A stretch of DNA of 64,000 nt from Octopus bimaculoides (taxonomy: Eukaryota), in assembly GCF_001194135.2 (NCBI RefSeq), contig NC_068987.1, positions 50,102,683-50,166,682 of the forward strand, in the 5' to 3' direction. The notes under the pieces were generated by a model. It made no database searches, was not told the origin of the DNA, and saw only the letters and a list, made by a program, of their open reading frames with translations. The first letter of the stretch is position 1. Each line of letters begins with the position of its first letter. The translations under genes were made by a program, and so were the position numbers. This document shows positions 24,290 through 37,760 of this stretch, piece by piece.

Positions 24290-25110
24290 TGCTGGTCCCT
24301 TACTAAAATACCGACTAACTTGGTTGTATCTTCCTATCATCCCTTTCTCAAGTGATGGCTCTATAAATCATACTCCTGCAGCGAAAGCCTCCAAATTTGC
24401 TGCCTGCTTTACATCCAACTGGTAAGATTCTATCAAGACTTCTCTCTATTCCATTGCATACATACACATGCTATATGCAGAAGCACCTCTGGTTACTTGA
24501 AACCAACAGGACCACCAGCCCTAACAGTGTCCCTTTGATTTACCTTCAAACAACCATGCCAGTATCCAAAATCTCAAAGGTTACTTAAACAGTTATTAAC
24601 AAGTATCTTCTGCAATATTTTGGACAGTTTTTCTCTGCAATAACTACAACATGGGGTCCAGTAAGCTTTTTTGTATGTTAATCACCAGTGGACCTTTACT
24701 CTTTAAGAAAGATGACATCATTAAAATATTTGATTATTTCTGGTAAATAAATCTCCTGACTAAACTAGCTATTGACTCCATCATATGAATTGGAATCTTC
24801 CTGTCAAATTACTACACAATCACATTGTGTGCTGATAGCGTTCTGTCTGGCTCACACTATAGCAACCTTTGTTACGTCTCAAAGCTTGGCTATGTCCTGC
24901 CATTCTTTTCCAACTGGTTCATCTTGCCTCTCATCATCCACATTGTGCCCATCAATCCAAGTATCCACATTAACCTCTCTACCCATTCCTCCACAGAACA
25001 CTGGCCTTCTACACTTCCCTCCTGGCTTGTGTTTTTCCTTTGGTTATTGGCATGCAGTTGTTCAAGAGTATCAAATGCATTGTTTTTGTCAGTCTTGAAG
25101 AGTCTGTGAA
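24290..25110 (+). mobile_element. Heavily decayed CR1/Jockey-group LINE ORF2 pieces
   Basis: FSSDGSINHTPAAKASKFAACFTSN; LETNRTTSPNSVPLIYLQ (cf. LD..K..GPD.IP...L); terminal MQLFKS; frameshifts and deletions. Confidence 0.5.
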
Positions 25111-25295
25111 AGCCATGAGCATATTCCCTTCCTCCTGTCCAAACCCTCAACAAAAAACAAAAAACAAAAAAACTCATTTTTCCTTTTAATCTCAAAATTT
25201 TATATTGTTATACATACATAGGAATATTATACCCCACTTAACTATAGGTTCTCCATGCATAAAGCATCTCAGAGAAATCTATCATGTTATTTTAA

Positions 25296-25510
25296 CTTGT
25301 TGGATGCCAACCTGATTGAGGCTGCCTACTGGTCAGTGATACAAACTTCCTGCTTTAAAGTGATCTAAATTAAAACCCTCAATTAAAATTTCATGTTTAT
25401 GTTCCAAATGTCCAGTTAAAATAATAGAAAAACTATTCTACTAAATTTTCCTTTATTTTCATAATTGAAACAAACCAGTGTATACCAATAGAAATATATT
25501 GACAAAAGTG
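25296..25510 (-). mobile_element. MITE family M1
   Basis: TTAA at 25292 and 25511; reverse complement matches 14240-14459. Confidence 0.7.
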
Positions 25511-25639
25511 TTAAATTGCCTAATTAGGGAATGATTTTTTGCTCAAAATATCTTTATATTCACTCAGACATTCTAAGATCTTGTAATGACTCGTCAGACT
25601 ATGATTCACTAAGAAAGTTTGCAAAGTCTGAAACATGTC

Positions 25640-25975
25640 TAGAATTTACTCTTTTACTTCTTTCAGTCATTTGACTGTGACCATGCTGGAGCACCGCCTT
25701 TAGTCGAGCTAATCGACCCCAGGACTTATTCTTTGTAAGCCTAGTACTTATACTATCAGTCTCTTTTTGCCGAACCACTAAGTTATGGGGACGTAAACAC
25801 ACCAGCATNNNNNNNNNNACGGGCTTCTTTCAGTTTCTGTCTACCAAATCCACTCACAAGGCTTTGGTTGGCCTGAGGCTATAGTAGAAGACACTTGCCC
25901 AATGTGCCATGCAGTGGGACTGAACCTGGAACCATGTGGTTGGTAAGCAAGCTACTTACCACACAGACACTCCTG
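25640..25975 (-). mobile_element. SINE family B (10-N gap inside)
   Basis: Aligns to 18453-18856. Confidence 0.85.
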
Positions 25976-26394
25976 CACCTATCAGTGTATTATACAGTTA
26001 GTATATTTTACAAAAATCAGAATCACTCCTTACAACATGCACTCATTCAATTTTTTTCAGTTTGATCTTTAGGTTTTGTCACTTGTACCTACTTGGACAA
26101 AAATTTTTATTAATGCTAATAATTTTCTTTTTATTATGAGAGTATTTTTAATTGATTAAAAAAGATTTTAGGCTCATTATGTAATATTCTCCACTTAACT
26201 CTAATTTTTATGCAAAAGGCACTACTGGGAAAGTTTCCCATATCACAACTGTGTGTATGTGTATTTATTTTCTATGGTTGGATGCCCTCACCTGTTTCCA
26301 AGCAAGCTAATATGGATGTTTCTATGGAAAATTAGAAGCAAATGGCACCGCTGATATGGCAATGACGTTAACAGCCAATACACACACACACACA

Positions 26395-26610
26395 ATAGGC
26401 TTCTTTCAGTTTGTACCTACCAAATCCCCTCTCAAAGTTTTGGTTGACTAAGGGCTTTAGTAAACACTTTTTCAAGGTGTCATCCCCTCTCAAAGTTTTG
26501 GTTGACTAAAGGGTTTAGTAAACACTTTTTCAAGGTGTCATGTAATGGAACTGAACCTGAAGGACTTTTTATTGGGAGCAAACTTCTTAACCACATAGCC
26601 ATGCCTGTGC
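26395..26610 (-). mobile_element. SINE family B 5' half with a 58-bp internal tandem duplication
   Basis: atcccctctcaaagttttggttgactaa...ttcaaggtgtc at 26424-26481 and 26482-26539. Confidence 0.8.
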
Positions 26611-26643
26611 ATCTCTCTCTTTATATATATATATATATATATA

Positions 26644-27894
26644 TCAGGTTGAGTAAAAAGTAAGCAACGTTTTGAACCATAAAGAATTTGTACCAGATTT
26701 TTGCAGAGTTCTGAATTTAACATTTGTTTTGCAATTGTCTGATAATACAGACATAGACTTGCCCAAATGCATCAATAAATTAACATTGATATTTTTTCCA
26801 CCGTTGTTACAATCATCTGAAATGGAACTGTCAAAGTGTAATATTTGAGCAATTTTGCTATTCAACTTCAAAAAAGGACGTAAAGCAGCTGAAACTGTTT
26901 GTGATATCAATGAAATGTTTGATGAGGAAATGACTTGTGAGTGGTCAGTTTGAAAATGGTTTAAATGATTTCGCAGTGGAGACCTGAACCTTGAAGACTG
27001 AGTGGAGTGGATGTCCATCTGTCATCAATGACAGTCAATTAAAGACCGTCATTGAGAAAGATATACATAAAACCACTCAAGAACTGGCAAAAGGACTTCA
27101 AGTTAGCCAGAAAACTGCCTGCAATTATTTGCATGCAATCGGAAAATTAAAAAAGCTCAACAAATGGGTACCACCCAATTTGAATAAAAATCAGAAAACG
27201 CGCAGACATGAAATTTGCTTGTTGTTTCTTCTCTGTAACTAAACTGATCCATGTCTTAACCATATTGTAACTTGTGATAAAAAGTGGATTCTGTTCAATA
27301 ATAAAAAATGTTCTTCACAGTGGTTGGACCAGAATAAAACACTGAAAACCTTTGCTAAACCTTGAGCTCTTCAAAAAGAAGATTATGGTGACTGTTTGGT
27401 GGTGGACTGCTGGACTTATCCACTATGATTTCTTAAAATCCAGAAAAACCATTACTGCAGAAACATATTGCCATGAAATTGCCAAAATGAATGAAAATTT
27501 GTTACTCCTCCATCCTAGACTGGTCAACAGAAGGAGGCCAATCATTCTTCATGACAATGCTTGACCACATGTTTCACTAATGACACTCCAGAAGCTGAGG
27601 GAACTTGGCTATGAAGTTCTTCCCCACCCAGCTTATTCTCTAGACCTTTCTCCTACTGACTACCACTTTTTCAAGTACCTTGATGGTTTCTGCAAGAGGA
27701 GTTAAAAAATCAAACTGATACTGAAAGTGCTTTCAAAGAGTTCATCAGCTCCAGAACTCCAAATTTGTAACTCGTTGGCAAAAATCTGTTGATTGTAATG
27801 GTACTTATTTTGAGGAAGAAAATGTTCACATTGTTGAAATATATTGTGATGAATTTCATGTTTCAAATCATTGCTCACTTTTTACTCAGCCTGA
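26644..27894 (+). mobile_element. Full-length inactive mariner (Hsmar1/cecropia-like)
   Basis: TIRs TCAGGTTGAGTAAAAAGTAAGCAA / TTGCTCACTTTTTACTCAGCCTGA, each flanked by TA; 1251 bp. Confidence 0.95.
26822..27800 (+). pseudogene. Mariner transposase pseudogene
   Basis: MELSKCNI*AILLFNFKKGRKAAET...WVPPNL...IVTCDKKWI...IILHDNA*PH...AYSLDLSPTDYHFFK; several stops and frameshifts. Confidence 0.93.
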
Positions 27895-29670
27895 TATATA
27901 TATTATATATTTATCCGGATGAATTTGTCTTCATCCTTTAATAGGAATTTTTTCCATAGATTTCTAATTTCTTCATACATTATTTACGAATTTTTAAATC
28001 ATATAGGTGTGAAAGTATGTAAAGAAATAATCAATATCGGACTTAAAACTAAGTTCAATAAATTTCATCAAATAAATGAAATGAAACAGATTGGATGTTA
28101 AAATGGATTATGATTTTATTGCACATTCTCAGACAATTGTTTTGGACAAAAGGACAAAAATTTCCATAAAGAGAACATCATAAAGATTGAATTTGTACTC
28201 TTCAGGAGATGAAATTTAAAGTAAAATAAAAATAAACAAAAAGACTTTTAAAATATACATAGAATTGTTTCTTATCATTATTATTTAGGCATTTGTATAT
28301 TCATTCTTCCACTCACAATTATTAGGATCGAGACTAAAACATTGGTTGCTTAAATATCTAATATTTAATTTTTGACTTCCTCTCTATTAAATCCAATAAA
28401 ATTTGTTTTTTAATAGCATATAGCTCCTTATTTGGTATTTCTGAATGGGCTTACACATACATCTTGACCAGTATTTTCTATAGGGAGTTTTTAAGTAGAT
28501 ATATATTGGATTTAATAGCAAGGAAGTAAAAAATCTTTGTCATTATTAACCTGGCGTTTGGAACATAAATTGACATGAAATTTTGATGAATGGTTTTAAT
28601 TTAGATCACTTTAAAGCAGGAAGTTTGTATCATAGAACCAAGGGTGGCCCCAGGGTTGGCATTAAAAGGAAAATTGGAATGCCACACAACCCAATTTGAT
28701 ATTCATTGCATTTTATACTTTCAATGAATTTTTAACTGTTTCCGTGTATGATTGAAATAGCAGAGTCAAAAGACAACTTATGCTGTAATAAACAAATCTA
28801 AATTATGGAGAGTGTTGTGGAATAAATTAACTTTTTTCATAATTCTTATTATTGTCTTGACAAACAAATTACAAATAGTGTGCTCGAACTTGCTTTTTTG
28901 TCTGTCTTTGGACATAAATAATACACTTGTCTCTCTACCTATCATTGGAAACCTCATACTGGAAGCTAAATGAAGGAAATAAGTTATTTCTCTTGATTGG
29001 TACAATGAGGTATGGCTTGTGGATTTGTATATTGTTGCAGGTGCTGTTTTGTTAGTTTTGCACAAGTATTGTATTTATCTTGCCAAAAGTCATCTAGTTT
29101 AATCAAGATGTTATTGCTTTATAAGCAATCAATAACTTTTCCTATTGTTTGTTAGGTAAAAATGTTAATTTTTAATTCCAAAGAGAATCAGTGTAATAGA
29201 TAAACAATTGTTTTCATCTCTTTCACCCCATCCTTCACTTATTTTTCGACATAAACTAGTTGTATTGCTGTTCACGGGCGTATTATAGTTGCAACACATA
29301 TGCCTGTATCCTCCATTTTTACACGTTACGGTAATTGCTGTTACCTGGGTATTCATACACACACACACACACGTATATATAATTATAATTGCTACACATA
29401 TGCCTATGCTTATTTCTATCTGTAATAACAAAAATGTTCTTAAATTTTATAAACAATGTTGGTTAAAGCTAAACTATAATTAAAAAATACAAACAAAATC
29501 AGACAATGCTATAAAAAATAACTCAAATATGTGGTGTACATAAATATTTCTCTATGGAAATTTCCTTCTCAGTTGGAGAAAGAATACCAGAAACCTAATT
29601 AGTGACCCATTAGTGAATCATCATTAATGAATTTCAAAGATCAAGGGATACAATTTCAGTTAAAAGTTAG

Positions 29671-29716
29671 CACTTGACATGTTTTCTCTCTTATTGGGCT
29701 TCATCAGTATAGCTTG
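29671..29716 (-). ncRNA. Degenerate hammerhead-like motif
   Basis: Minus strand reads CTGATGA-AGCCC-AATAA-GAGA-GAAA-ACATG-TC-AAGTG; stems I and II are imperfect. Confidence 0.35.
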
Positions 29717-31439
29717 TCTACTCGAACCTACTTTGATCAGTTGACACTAGTTTTTATATATAGGAAAAGCTTTTTGGTCAGTACTAGCATAAAATGAGCT
29801 AAGGGAAATAACTCAAGTGAACTAACAGCAAGAATTTAAATAAGTTAAGAAGTAATGTGCTAAGAGGCATAATAAAAAAATCTCAATTAACTGAATTTCT
29901 AAACAGTAGTTTAGTCAGTAACTAAAGCTGAAGTTCCTTTTCTAATTTCTTCCTATTCTTGAAGAAATTCTGATAAAAAATGGCATGCTTCATTGCAAGA
30001 GAGATTTCCATTGTGATTTGAAGGTCATGCAATAAATATCACCATTTTCGTAAATTAACCTAACTTCTTCTTCCAATGTTTTTATTTATTTATTTTATTT
30101 TGCTATTGGCATCAGGGGCTTTGTGTCTGGAATATTTTTTTGGAAGTTAGCAATTTCTTCAATCTTCTTTCTTGGCATTTTTGTTTCTTTTTATTATTGA
30201 TTTTTTTTCTTCATTTCTTCTCCTTTACCATGTATTGGTAAGCATGGGTACTGGTAGTCTTTGGTGATCTTCATATGTAGGAAGGATAAAAAAAAAAAAT
30301 GGTAATGATATTCACACAGTAACTCAAAATGGTAGGAAAGATGGAAAGATAGCTTTTCCACAGCAATTAAATTAACAACTGCTAGTATTCTATTCCCCAT
30401 TCTGTAAGTCTCTCTTTTTTCTTTTGTTTGTTGTTTCTAACTTAGTATTCATCTACCACTTTATTCTCTTTTCCATTTAATAGTATTCTACTATGTTTTT
30501 TTTTTTTTTTTTTTTTTTTTGATTACTAAAAAGACAGCTGCTACTAAGTTTTATACACCTTCAAATATTTTCATCTTAATAAATAAATGCTGATGACATT
30601 TTAGAATTTGGCAGTAATTTCTTGAATCTACAAAGGAAGTAAGGAAAGAAAAACAAGAAATTCTTTTCCTTTCCTATCTCTTTGTTTACCTTCTGTCTTT
30701 GTCTGATACTCTTTTCCAGAATGCTATAGAAAGCTTTTTTGATTCCACCCCACTACTTTCTGAAATGAAAGTTATCAACTTCTAAACACTCCCACACCTC
30801 CACTCCTTGATTTCTTTCTCTGCCCCATGCTAAATTCAGTACATTCTCTCTGACATCTGCCAGAGCTTATGAGTGTTTTCTGAATTATTTCGCCTATTAC
30901 CAATTCATTGGGAATGAGTCCCAGCTAAACTGATATCTCTCCAACAACATATTACTCTAGTTTAATCTCTAGAATCTTACACCCACTCCCTCTCTAAAAA
31001 AATGTATGAAAATACAGTCCCAAATACACTAATTTCTGACTAATCTCTCTGAAAAGTGTAAATAAATATATATAAATATTTATTCCGCTTGTCAAAATGT
31101 GACTGCAGAAAGTAACTCATGTTATCAATTTTTACCCTTCATGTTTCTGTGTTTTCATCTACTTTAGTTCCTATATTGATTTCAGTTTTAAATTCTTCTT
31201 TAAGCTTATTTCTTGCTTCACTTCATTCTTCACTAAACAACGTCTTGAGAAATTACTCTCTCCACACATCCTGCATAATTAACTGTCGCATGATGTTGTC
31301 GATTTGGTTTGAATGAGACGAAATATCAAAGGAAAATTTTTTTTTTTTTGCATAATCCAGTGACTTGGAGAATTGAAATATAAAAATCAAGAGGAGTAAT
31401 GCGCAGTTAAGTTGGGGTGGGTGATTTATCTTTCCCACA

Positions 31440-32186
31440 TTATGCTCAAAAGTTGAACATAAGAAGCATCAGATGTGGTGTACAAGAGAGACAACTGCGT
31501 TGGTATGGTCATGTGTTGCATATGGATGAGAATAGCTGTGTGAAAAAGTGTCACACCCTAGCAGTAGAAGGAACCTGTGGAAGAGGCAGACCCAGGAAGA
31601 CCTGGGTTGAGGTTGTGAAGCATGACCTTCGAATGTTGGGCCTCGTGGAGGTGATGACAAGTGACCGAGACCTTTGGAGATATGCTGTGCTTGAGAAGAC
31701 CCAGCAAGCCAAATGAAACCATAACCATGGCTTATGCCAGTGTAGCATAACTGGCCCATTTAAGAGTACCCTTCTATCATTTGGCAATAAACTGCGTTTG
31801 CGAAGACCTGTTGAGTCAAATGAAATCATTGTCATGGCCGATGACAGTACTGCTTGATTGGCATCCATACCGGTGGCACATAAAAGGCACCATTTGAGCG
31901 TGGTCGATGCCAGTGCTGCCTTCCTGGTCCCATGCCAATGGCATGTAAAAAGCACCATTCAAGCGTGGTCGATGCCAGTACTGCCTGACTGGCCCTCGTG
32001 CTGGTGATATGTAAAAAGCATTCACTACACTCTCAGAGTGGTTGGCATTAGGAAGGGCATCTAGCTGTAGAAACTTTGCCAGATCAGATTGGAGCCTGGT
32101 GCAGCCTTCTGGCTTGCCAGATCCCAGTCAAACCATCCAACCCATACCAGCATGGAAAGCAGATGTTAAACAATGATGATGATGAC
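31440..32186 (+). mobile_element. RTE-clade LINE 3' end
   Basis: LNIRSIRCGVQERQLRWYGHVLHMDENSCVKKC...GRGRPRKTW...DRDLWRYAVLEKTQQAK*; same UTR as 12004-12785. Confidence 0.88.
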
Positions 32187-32192
32187 ATTTAA

Positions 32193-32635
32193 TCATCATC
32201 ATCATTTTAAAATACATGAGTCCATACTTGCATGAGTTGGGCAGAATTCATTGTCTGTCTTATGCATGTCCAGCCTTGAGGAAATATTACCTTGCTTGGA
32301 AGTAGATGTGGGTTGGCAAGAGGAAGGTTTTCTATGGCCAAATACCCTTCCTGTTGCTAACCCTCACCTGTTTCCAAACAAGGTATTATTTTCCTATGAC
32401 AGGATATGTTTACACAGAAGATTGGAAATGAATGACACAGCCTTTAGAATGGTGACACTCATTTACAACCACCATGTGATGTCAAAACAAGGAGAAACAC
32501 ACATATATGGCAGGTTTCTTTCAGTTTCCATCTACCCAATCCACTCACAAGGCTTCGGTCAGCCCAAGGTAGATGATACTTGCCCAAGGTGATACACAGT
32601 GGGACTGAATCTGAAACCAAACATGGATGGGAAGT
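32193..32635 (-). mobile_element. SINE with family-B head and RTE-derived tail, tail-to-tail with the preceding LINE
   Basis: (ATC)n tail at 32193; head gggactgaatctgaaacc at ~32600; body recurs at 3580, 12800, 38860, 44330 and 60820. Confidence 0.7.
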
Positions 32636-34544
32636 GATGTTTATTATTATTCTGGTAGATGAAGAAAAAACAACAACAATCTGTTTGTATCTCACTAGGT
32701 ATAACTCTTGTTAAAATAAGATCTGGGAAGAATTAACAGATGTTATTGCTAGGAATATGACATGAAGCAGTTTAAAAGATCCAGGTTAGCAACAGAAATA
32801 AGAACATTAATAATAATTATGGTTTTTCACTTTGGCACAGAACTACAAATAACGTTGGAGACAGACTATAGCTGACTGAATTGAGGTTAGTATATGACTG
32901 TTGTTTCTTTTACCAAACCTGAAGCAATGAAGAGAAAAATTGGCCCTGGTAAGATCTGAACCTAGAACATGAAAAATGTGCTTAAATACTGTGTGATAGT
33001 AAGTGTGGCACTCTGCCATTTCTACCACCCTGTCAGCTAGTATAATTGATTCCTTATATAGACTCAATGTCTCTAATTTTGGGAGTAGGTGTAGTCGATG
33101 AAATCAGCTTCATTAATCAACTTGCATGGTTCTTATTTTGTCCTCAAAAATGAATGGCTAAGTTAACCTTGTGGGGTTTGAGTCAGAGCATAAACAGACA
33201 TGACCAAATACTGTAAGTTTGGTGAACTAGCAAATTCATGAAAGTGTAGGACATTTGTTCTGGCTCTCTATGCTCTGAGTTCAAATCTCACTGAAGCCAA
33301 CTTTACCTTTCATCCTTTCATCACCTACCGTTCAATATTTTCATAGGTTAGATGGAATTTGTTGAGGCAGATGCTCTACAGCTGAATGCCCTCCTTGTCA
33401 CTATCTCTCACTTGTTTCCAAGCAAGCTAACGGTATAGATAATCCTTTAGAAATAATCAAACTCCACCCACCAAAAACAAAACACCACAAAAATCTCATA
33501 TACAAAATATTCCCATATTCAGCCAGAAATAACAATGCAGAACCAACTGCTCCATGCTCAACATTAAAACCAGAAACCAATTCTGACTCCCCCTCAGCAA
33601 AATCAGATGAAGCCCAATGAGTCTCAGCAATACTAGAAACAACTCATATCATAAATATAAAAAAAAATTAACAAAAAAAAAAAAATACCCATATGATATT
33701 TCCCCATGGCCAGACATGTTTTTCACGGAAGAACGGAAATGAACTGAAGATGTATTTTATGCAAGTTTTCAACACAAGGCCATCAAACAATGTCTTTCTT
33801 TTGGCCAATAAATTCATGAACAAGTTATCTTGTGATGACTAATATCTTCTTTGACTTAATTGTGTCAACATATTCTTCTGCGTAATTTTAAGAATTTTCT
33901 AACTTTTCCCTCTTCCTTCTCTTAACCATTTTTTCTTAATTTTTAAAAGATTATTTTATTTTTAAGAAACAAAAACAGATTTAATTTTTTGTTAAATTTT
34001 AATCTTTTTAATTAGTTGTGAATCATTTTTGTAATGCATTTTTTAGTTAAATATTTTATTTGTTTATGGCTAAGGTTTGTGATTCTTTCTTTATAACTTA
34101 CCCATTTGGCCATTATACTTTGAAGCTACAATAAGGCTAATAATGATGAGCCCTTGTGCCTTTTAATACCAACCCACCTGAAATTGCCCCTTCTTAAATG
34201 ACACAAACTCTTGTTTTAAAATTATCTAAATTAAATCCCATCAAAATTTCATGTTAAATTATGTTCTAAACACCAGCTTAAGTAAAAATACTAAACAACA
34301 GTCTTGTAAAATAACAAGGTTATTTAACTATACTCTTTATTATTTTCAAAATTATTTAAAAAAAGGCAGTGTATTTGTATAGAAATATGGTAATGCTAAA
34401 TTCTTAGACATCAGAAGAGGGAAGAGTCATAAGAAGCAGAGTGTTCATCATTGTCCTAAGAGGATTTGGTAATATCAATGTAAATGAAACTTGGGTTACA
34501 GGTTCCAAGGTACATAGAGGCACTGTTTATTTTATAATATTTCA

Positions 34545-34760
34545 TAAAGGTGAGCTGGCAGAATCATTAGCATCTTACAAGCTTAGTAACATTTCAGCCA
34601 TCTTTACGTTCTGAGTTCAAATTCTGCTGACGTCAACTTTGCCTTTCTTCCTTTCAAGATGGATGAAATAAGTACTAGTTGAGTACTGGGGCTGATGCAA
34701 TCGACTTACCCTCACCCCTGAAATTGTTGGCTTTGTACCAAAATTTGAAATCAATATTTC
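34545..34760 (+). mobile_element. SINE family A
   Basis: aggtgagctggcagaatc...ttctgagttcaaattc...aagtactagttgagtactgggg...ccaaaatttgaaa. Confidence 0.8.
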
Positions 34761-36264
34761 ATAGTGGTCATCATCATCATCATAGTTGATAGAAATGGAT
34801 AATTTCGTGATATACTTCATTATTGTTATCATCGTTATTATCATCATTGTTATCATTTTACATCCACTATTCCTACTAGCATGGATTGGACATTTTGACG
34901 GGTATTTTATTTTATATTATACTAAACATGGGGTAAACACTGAAATATAAAAGAAACTTGTTTTCAAACAGCATTTATAGATATAATTTCAAATTCAGTT
35001 ATGAATTAGAGATGTTTTAGTGGAATATATGTGATGTGTTTGAAGTGAATATTTTTTAGTTGTTACAAAAACAACACATAATTTTGTTTTACTTGTTGAT
35101 ACAAAATACTTCTGTTATTAAAGGTACTTCAATTGTTTTGTTTTTTTTGGCAAACACTGCATCCATCTTTCTCACTCTCTCCTCCATCCTGTACACAAAT
35201 ACACATAGGCATGTAATGTAATATATGCAATCACATGTATGTATACTTTCTCACTATCTCTTTCTGTTTTTCATGTTCCTTATTTTTGCATATAGAATCT
35301 CTTTCTCTCTCTGACCCCTCACATCTGCAAGTATATAATTAGATAAATGAAATATCTGATACAGACACAAAATCCTTATACATTCAGTTTCAAAGAAGTA
35401 TTTGTCCTGCATAATTGCATATTTAAACAGATGTTCTTTCGGACTGACTTACAAATATATATTTATGGATGAAAGATCCATACTTAATATTTGTCTGCTT
35501 GTTATTTGGATGAAATTGACGAAATGACTGTATGCAATTTTGGGATTGGTCTGCTCTGTTAAAGCAAAGAATGTTGGTTAATTTTAGATTAAAATAATTT
35601 TCAATTCTGCCATTTTCGCTCTCTTTCCAGCTATTCTCACTCACCCATATATATAATGCAAGATAATCATGTATCTCCTCTACTGGAAGGCACAAGTTTC
35701 TGTCCCTCTATCATACTTTAGCCTCTCAACACCCAGCATAAAGCTACCTCCCTCAATACTGTGTTTCCACTCAGTAGAGACGACATTTTAGTTTTGCAAA
35801 GTTATTTGACAATCTCAATAGTGCTGGTGCCATGAAAAAAGCACGTAATACACTCAGTAAAGTGGCTGGTGTTAGGCAGGGCACCCAGACAGAAACTGTG
35901 TTAAAACAGACATTGGTGCTTGACACAGCCTTTTGACTTGTTGGATTCTGTCAAACTGTCCAGCTTGTACCAGCATGAAAGCTCAACATTAAATGATGAC
36001 ATCTTATTTCTTTTACATTATATTGTACTACATGCTATTTATCAAGTTTCACCAAAGAGAAATCCTTTTCTTTTTGTATATTATGCAAAACATTAAAAAC
36101 AGGAAAATTGAAAATTGCAGAAGTCAATTTTGTTAAAGTTGTAACATGTTTTTTTTACAATTCCTTTCAAAGATATAAAATAGAAATCAAGTGCTTCAGA
36201 ATAATTGTATGTGCTTGTGTTTTGTCCTGTTTATTTTTAGAAATACATCTCTGATAGACATGCC

Positions 36265-37425
36265 AATGATCTAGAACATCTCTATGCCTGTGACCTAGTT
36301 CTCATAACTGAGTCTGTCAAAAAATTATAGAAGAAATTGAATTTGTAAATGCCTAAGCAATACCTAGAATCAAGTGGATTTAAAGTAAACCTTGCAAAGA
36401 TAAAAGTTTCAGTTAACATTAACCCATCTGATATCAACTTGTGTGAAACTACTCTTAGTACTATGATACAAACTTTTTTTTTTCAAGCGATTTAAATTAA
36501 GACCATCTATCAAAATTTTATGTTAATTTACGTTCCAAACATCAGCTTAATAATGACAGATATTTTACTAAATTCTTTATTTTCAAAATTAATTGAAACA
36601 AATCAAAGGCAGTCTATTTCAGTAGAAATATGGTAAGAAAAGAATTAAAGAAAACAGGACCCTACAGATATCAAAGAGTTAGCTATGCTTAAATATGCAG
36701 AAAAGAAGTAGATAAGAATGCTATATGGTGTACCCTATGTAAACTATGGGTGCAGAAGAGACCTGGTGGCTTCATAAACAGGTTGACATAAAAGAGGGAT
36801 TTTATACATAGCAGGTGTGGTTAGTAGTTAGCTAGATTCTTTCAAATATTCAAAAGGCTGTTACTTAGGTGACCTAATTCAAGGTGGAGGTGAGTGTCTT
36901 GAAAGCATTGCAGCAGAATAAGACAGGAGGGGAGAAAGTGCAATGAGCTATCACCTTGACTGTCATCAGAGGGTTTTCTCTCTGTGAATAAAAAGCAAAT
37001 TGTTTGATACTTGTGTACTGAGTGTGATATTGCATGGTAACAAAACATGGACATTGAATGTAAAGAATTTACAGAGGCTGGAATGTAATAAAACAAGCTT
37101 GCTTTACTGGATGTGTAATGTTAGTTATGTATAAACAGCCTAGCTCACATAAACTGAGAGTAAAACTGGATATAAGAGGAATTGGATATAGTATTCAAGA
37201 GAGAGGTTTTGAGTTGGTGCAAACATGTGATGCATTTGGATGCAATGCAGACTGTTAGGTCAAGAAATATTGCATGATCCAAGTGAAAGGAGCCTGCAAG
37301 ACAGAAAGATAAAGAAAGTTATGAGAAGTTGTGAAATCTGACTTCAGGTAGTTGAACCTCACATGGAGATAACAAAGGACTGTAACAATTGGTGAGATGT
37401 TGCTGGAGGGGACCATTCCAACCTA
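36265..37425 (+). mobile_element. Decayed RTE ORF2 (RT to C-terminus) interrupted by a MITE
   Basis: HLYACDLVLITES..LESSGFKVNLAKIKV, then after the MITE CYLGDLIQGGGECLESIA...LHGNKTWTLN...LE.NK.SLL.WMCN. Confidence 0.75.
36423..36644 (-). mobile_element. MITE family M1 nested in the RTE
   Basis: TTAA at 36419-36422 and 36645-36648; CCCAT...AAAAGAA ends. Confidence 0.8.
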
Positions 37426-37720
37426 AACAAATTTGGGGGTAAACAGATGTAAAACCATCATGATGATGCCAATGATAACCTCTCAGTTTGATAAATTTAA
37501 TCAATTCTACTTTACAAGTTTGTGGCATTGTGCCTATTTAAGGAGTTAATAATGGTAATGATTTCAATATGAATATGTGGTTGTATGTGTTTATCTGTGT
37601 GTGTATACATTTCTCCATTGCAAAGAAAAACCAAAGTCCAAGTTAACTGCTGTTGGCCTAAAAGCAGCTGAAGTACAGATTAAGCTTGTATGCTCCCAGA
37701 AGAGGAAAATTCTCCCTGCA

Positions 37721-37724
<4 letters not shown>

Positions 37725-37760
<36 letters not shown>

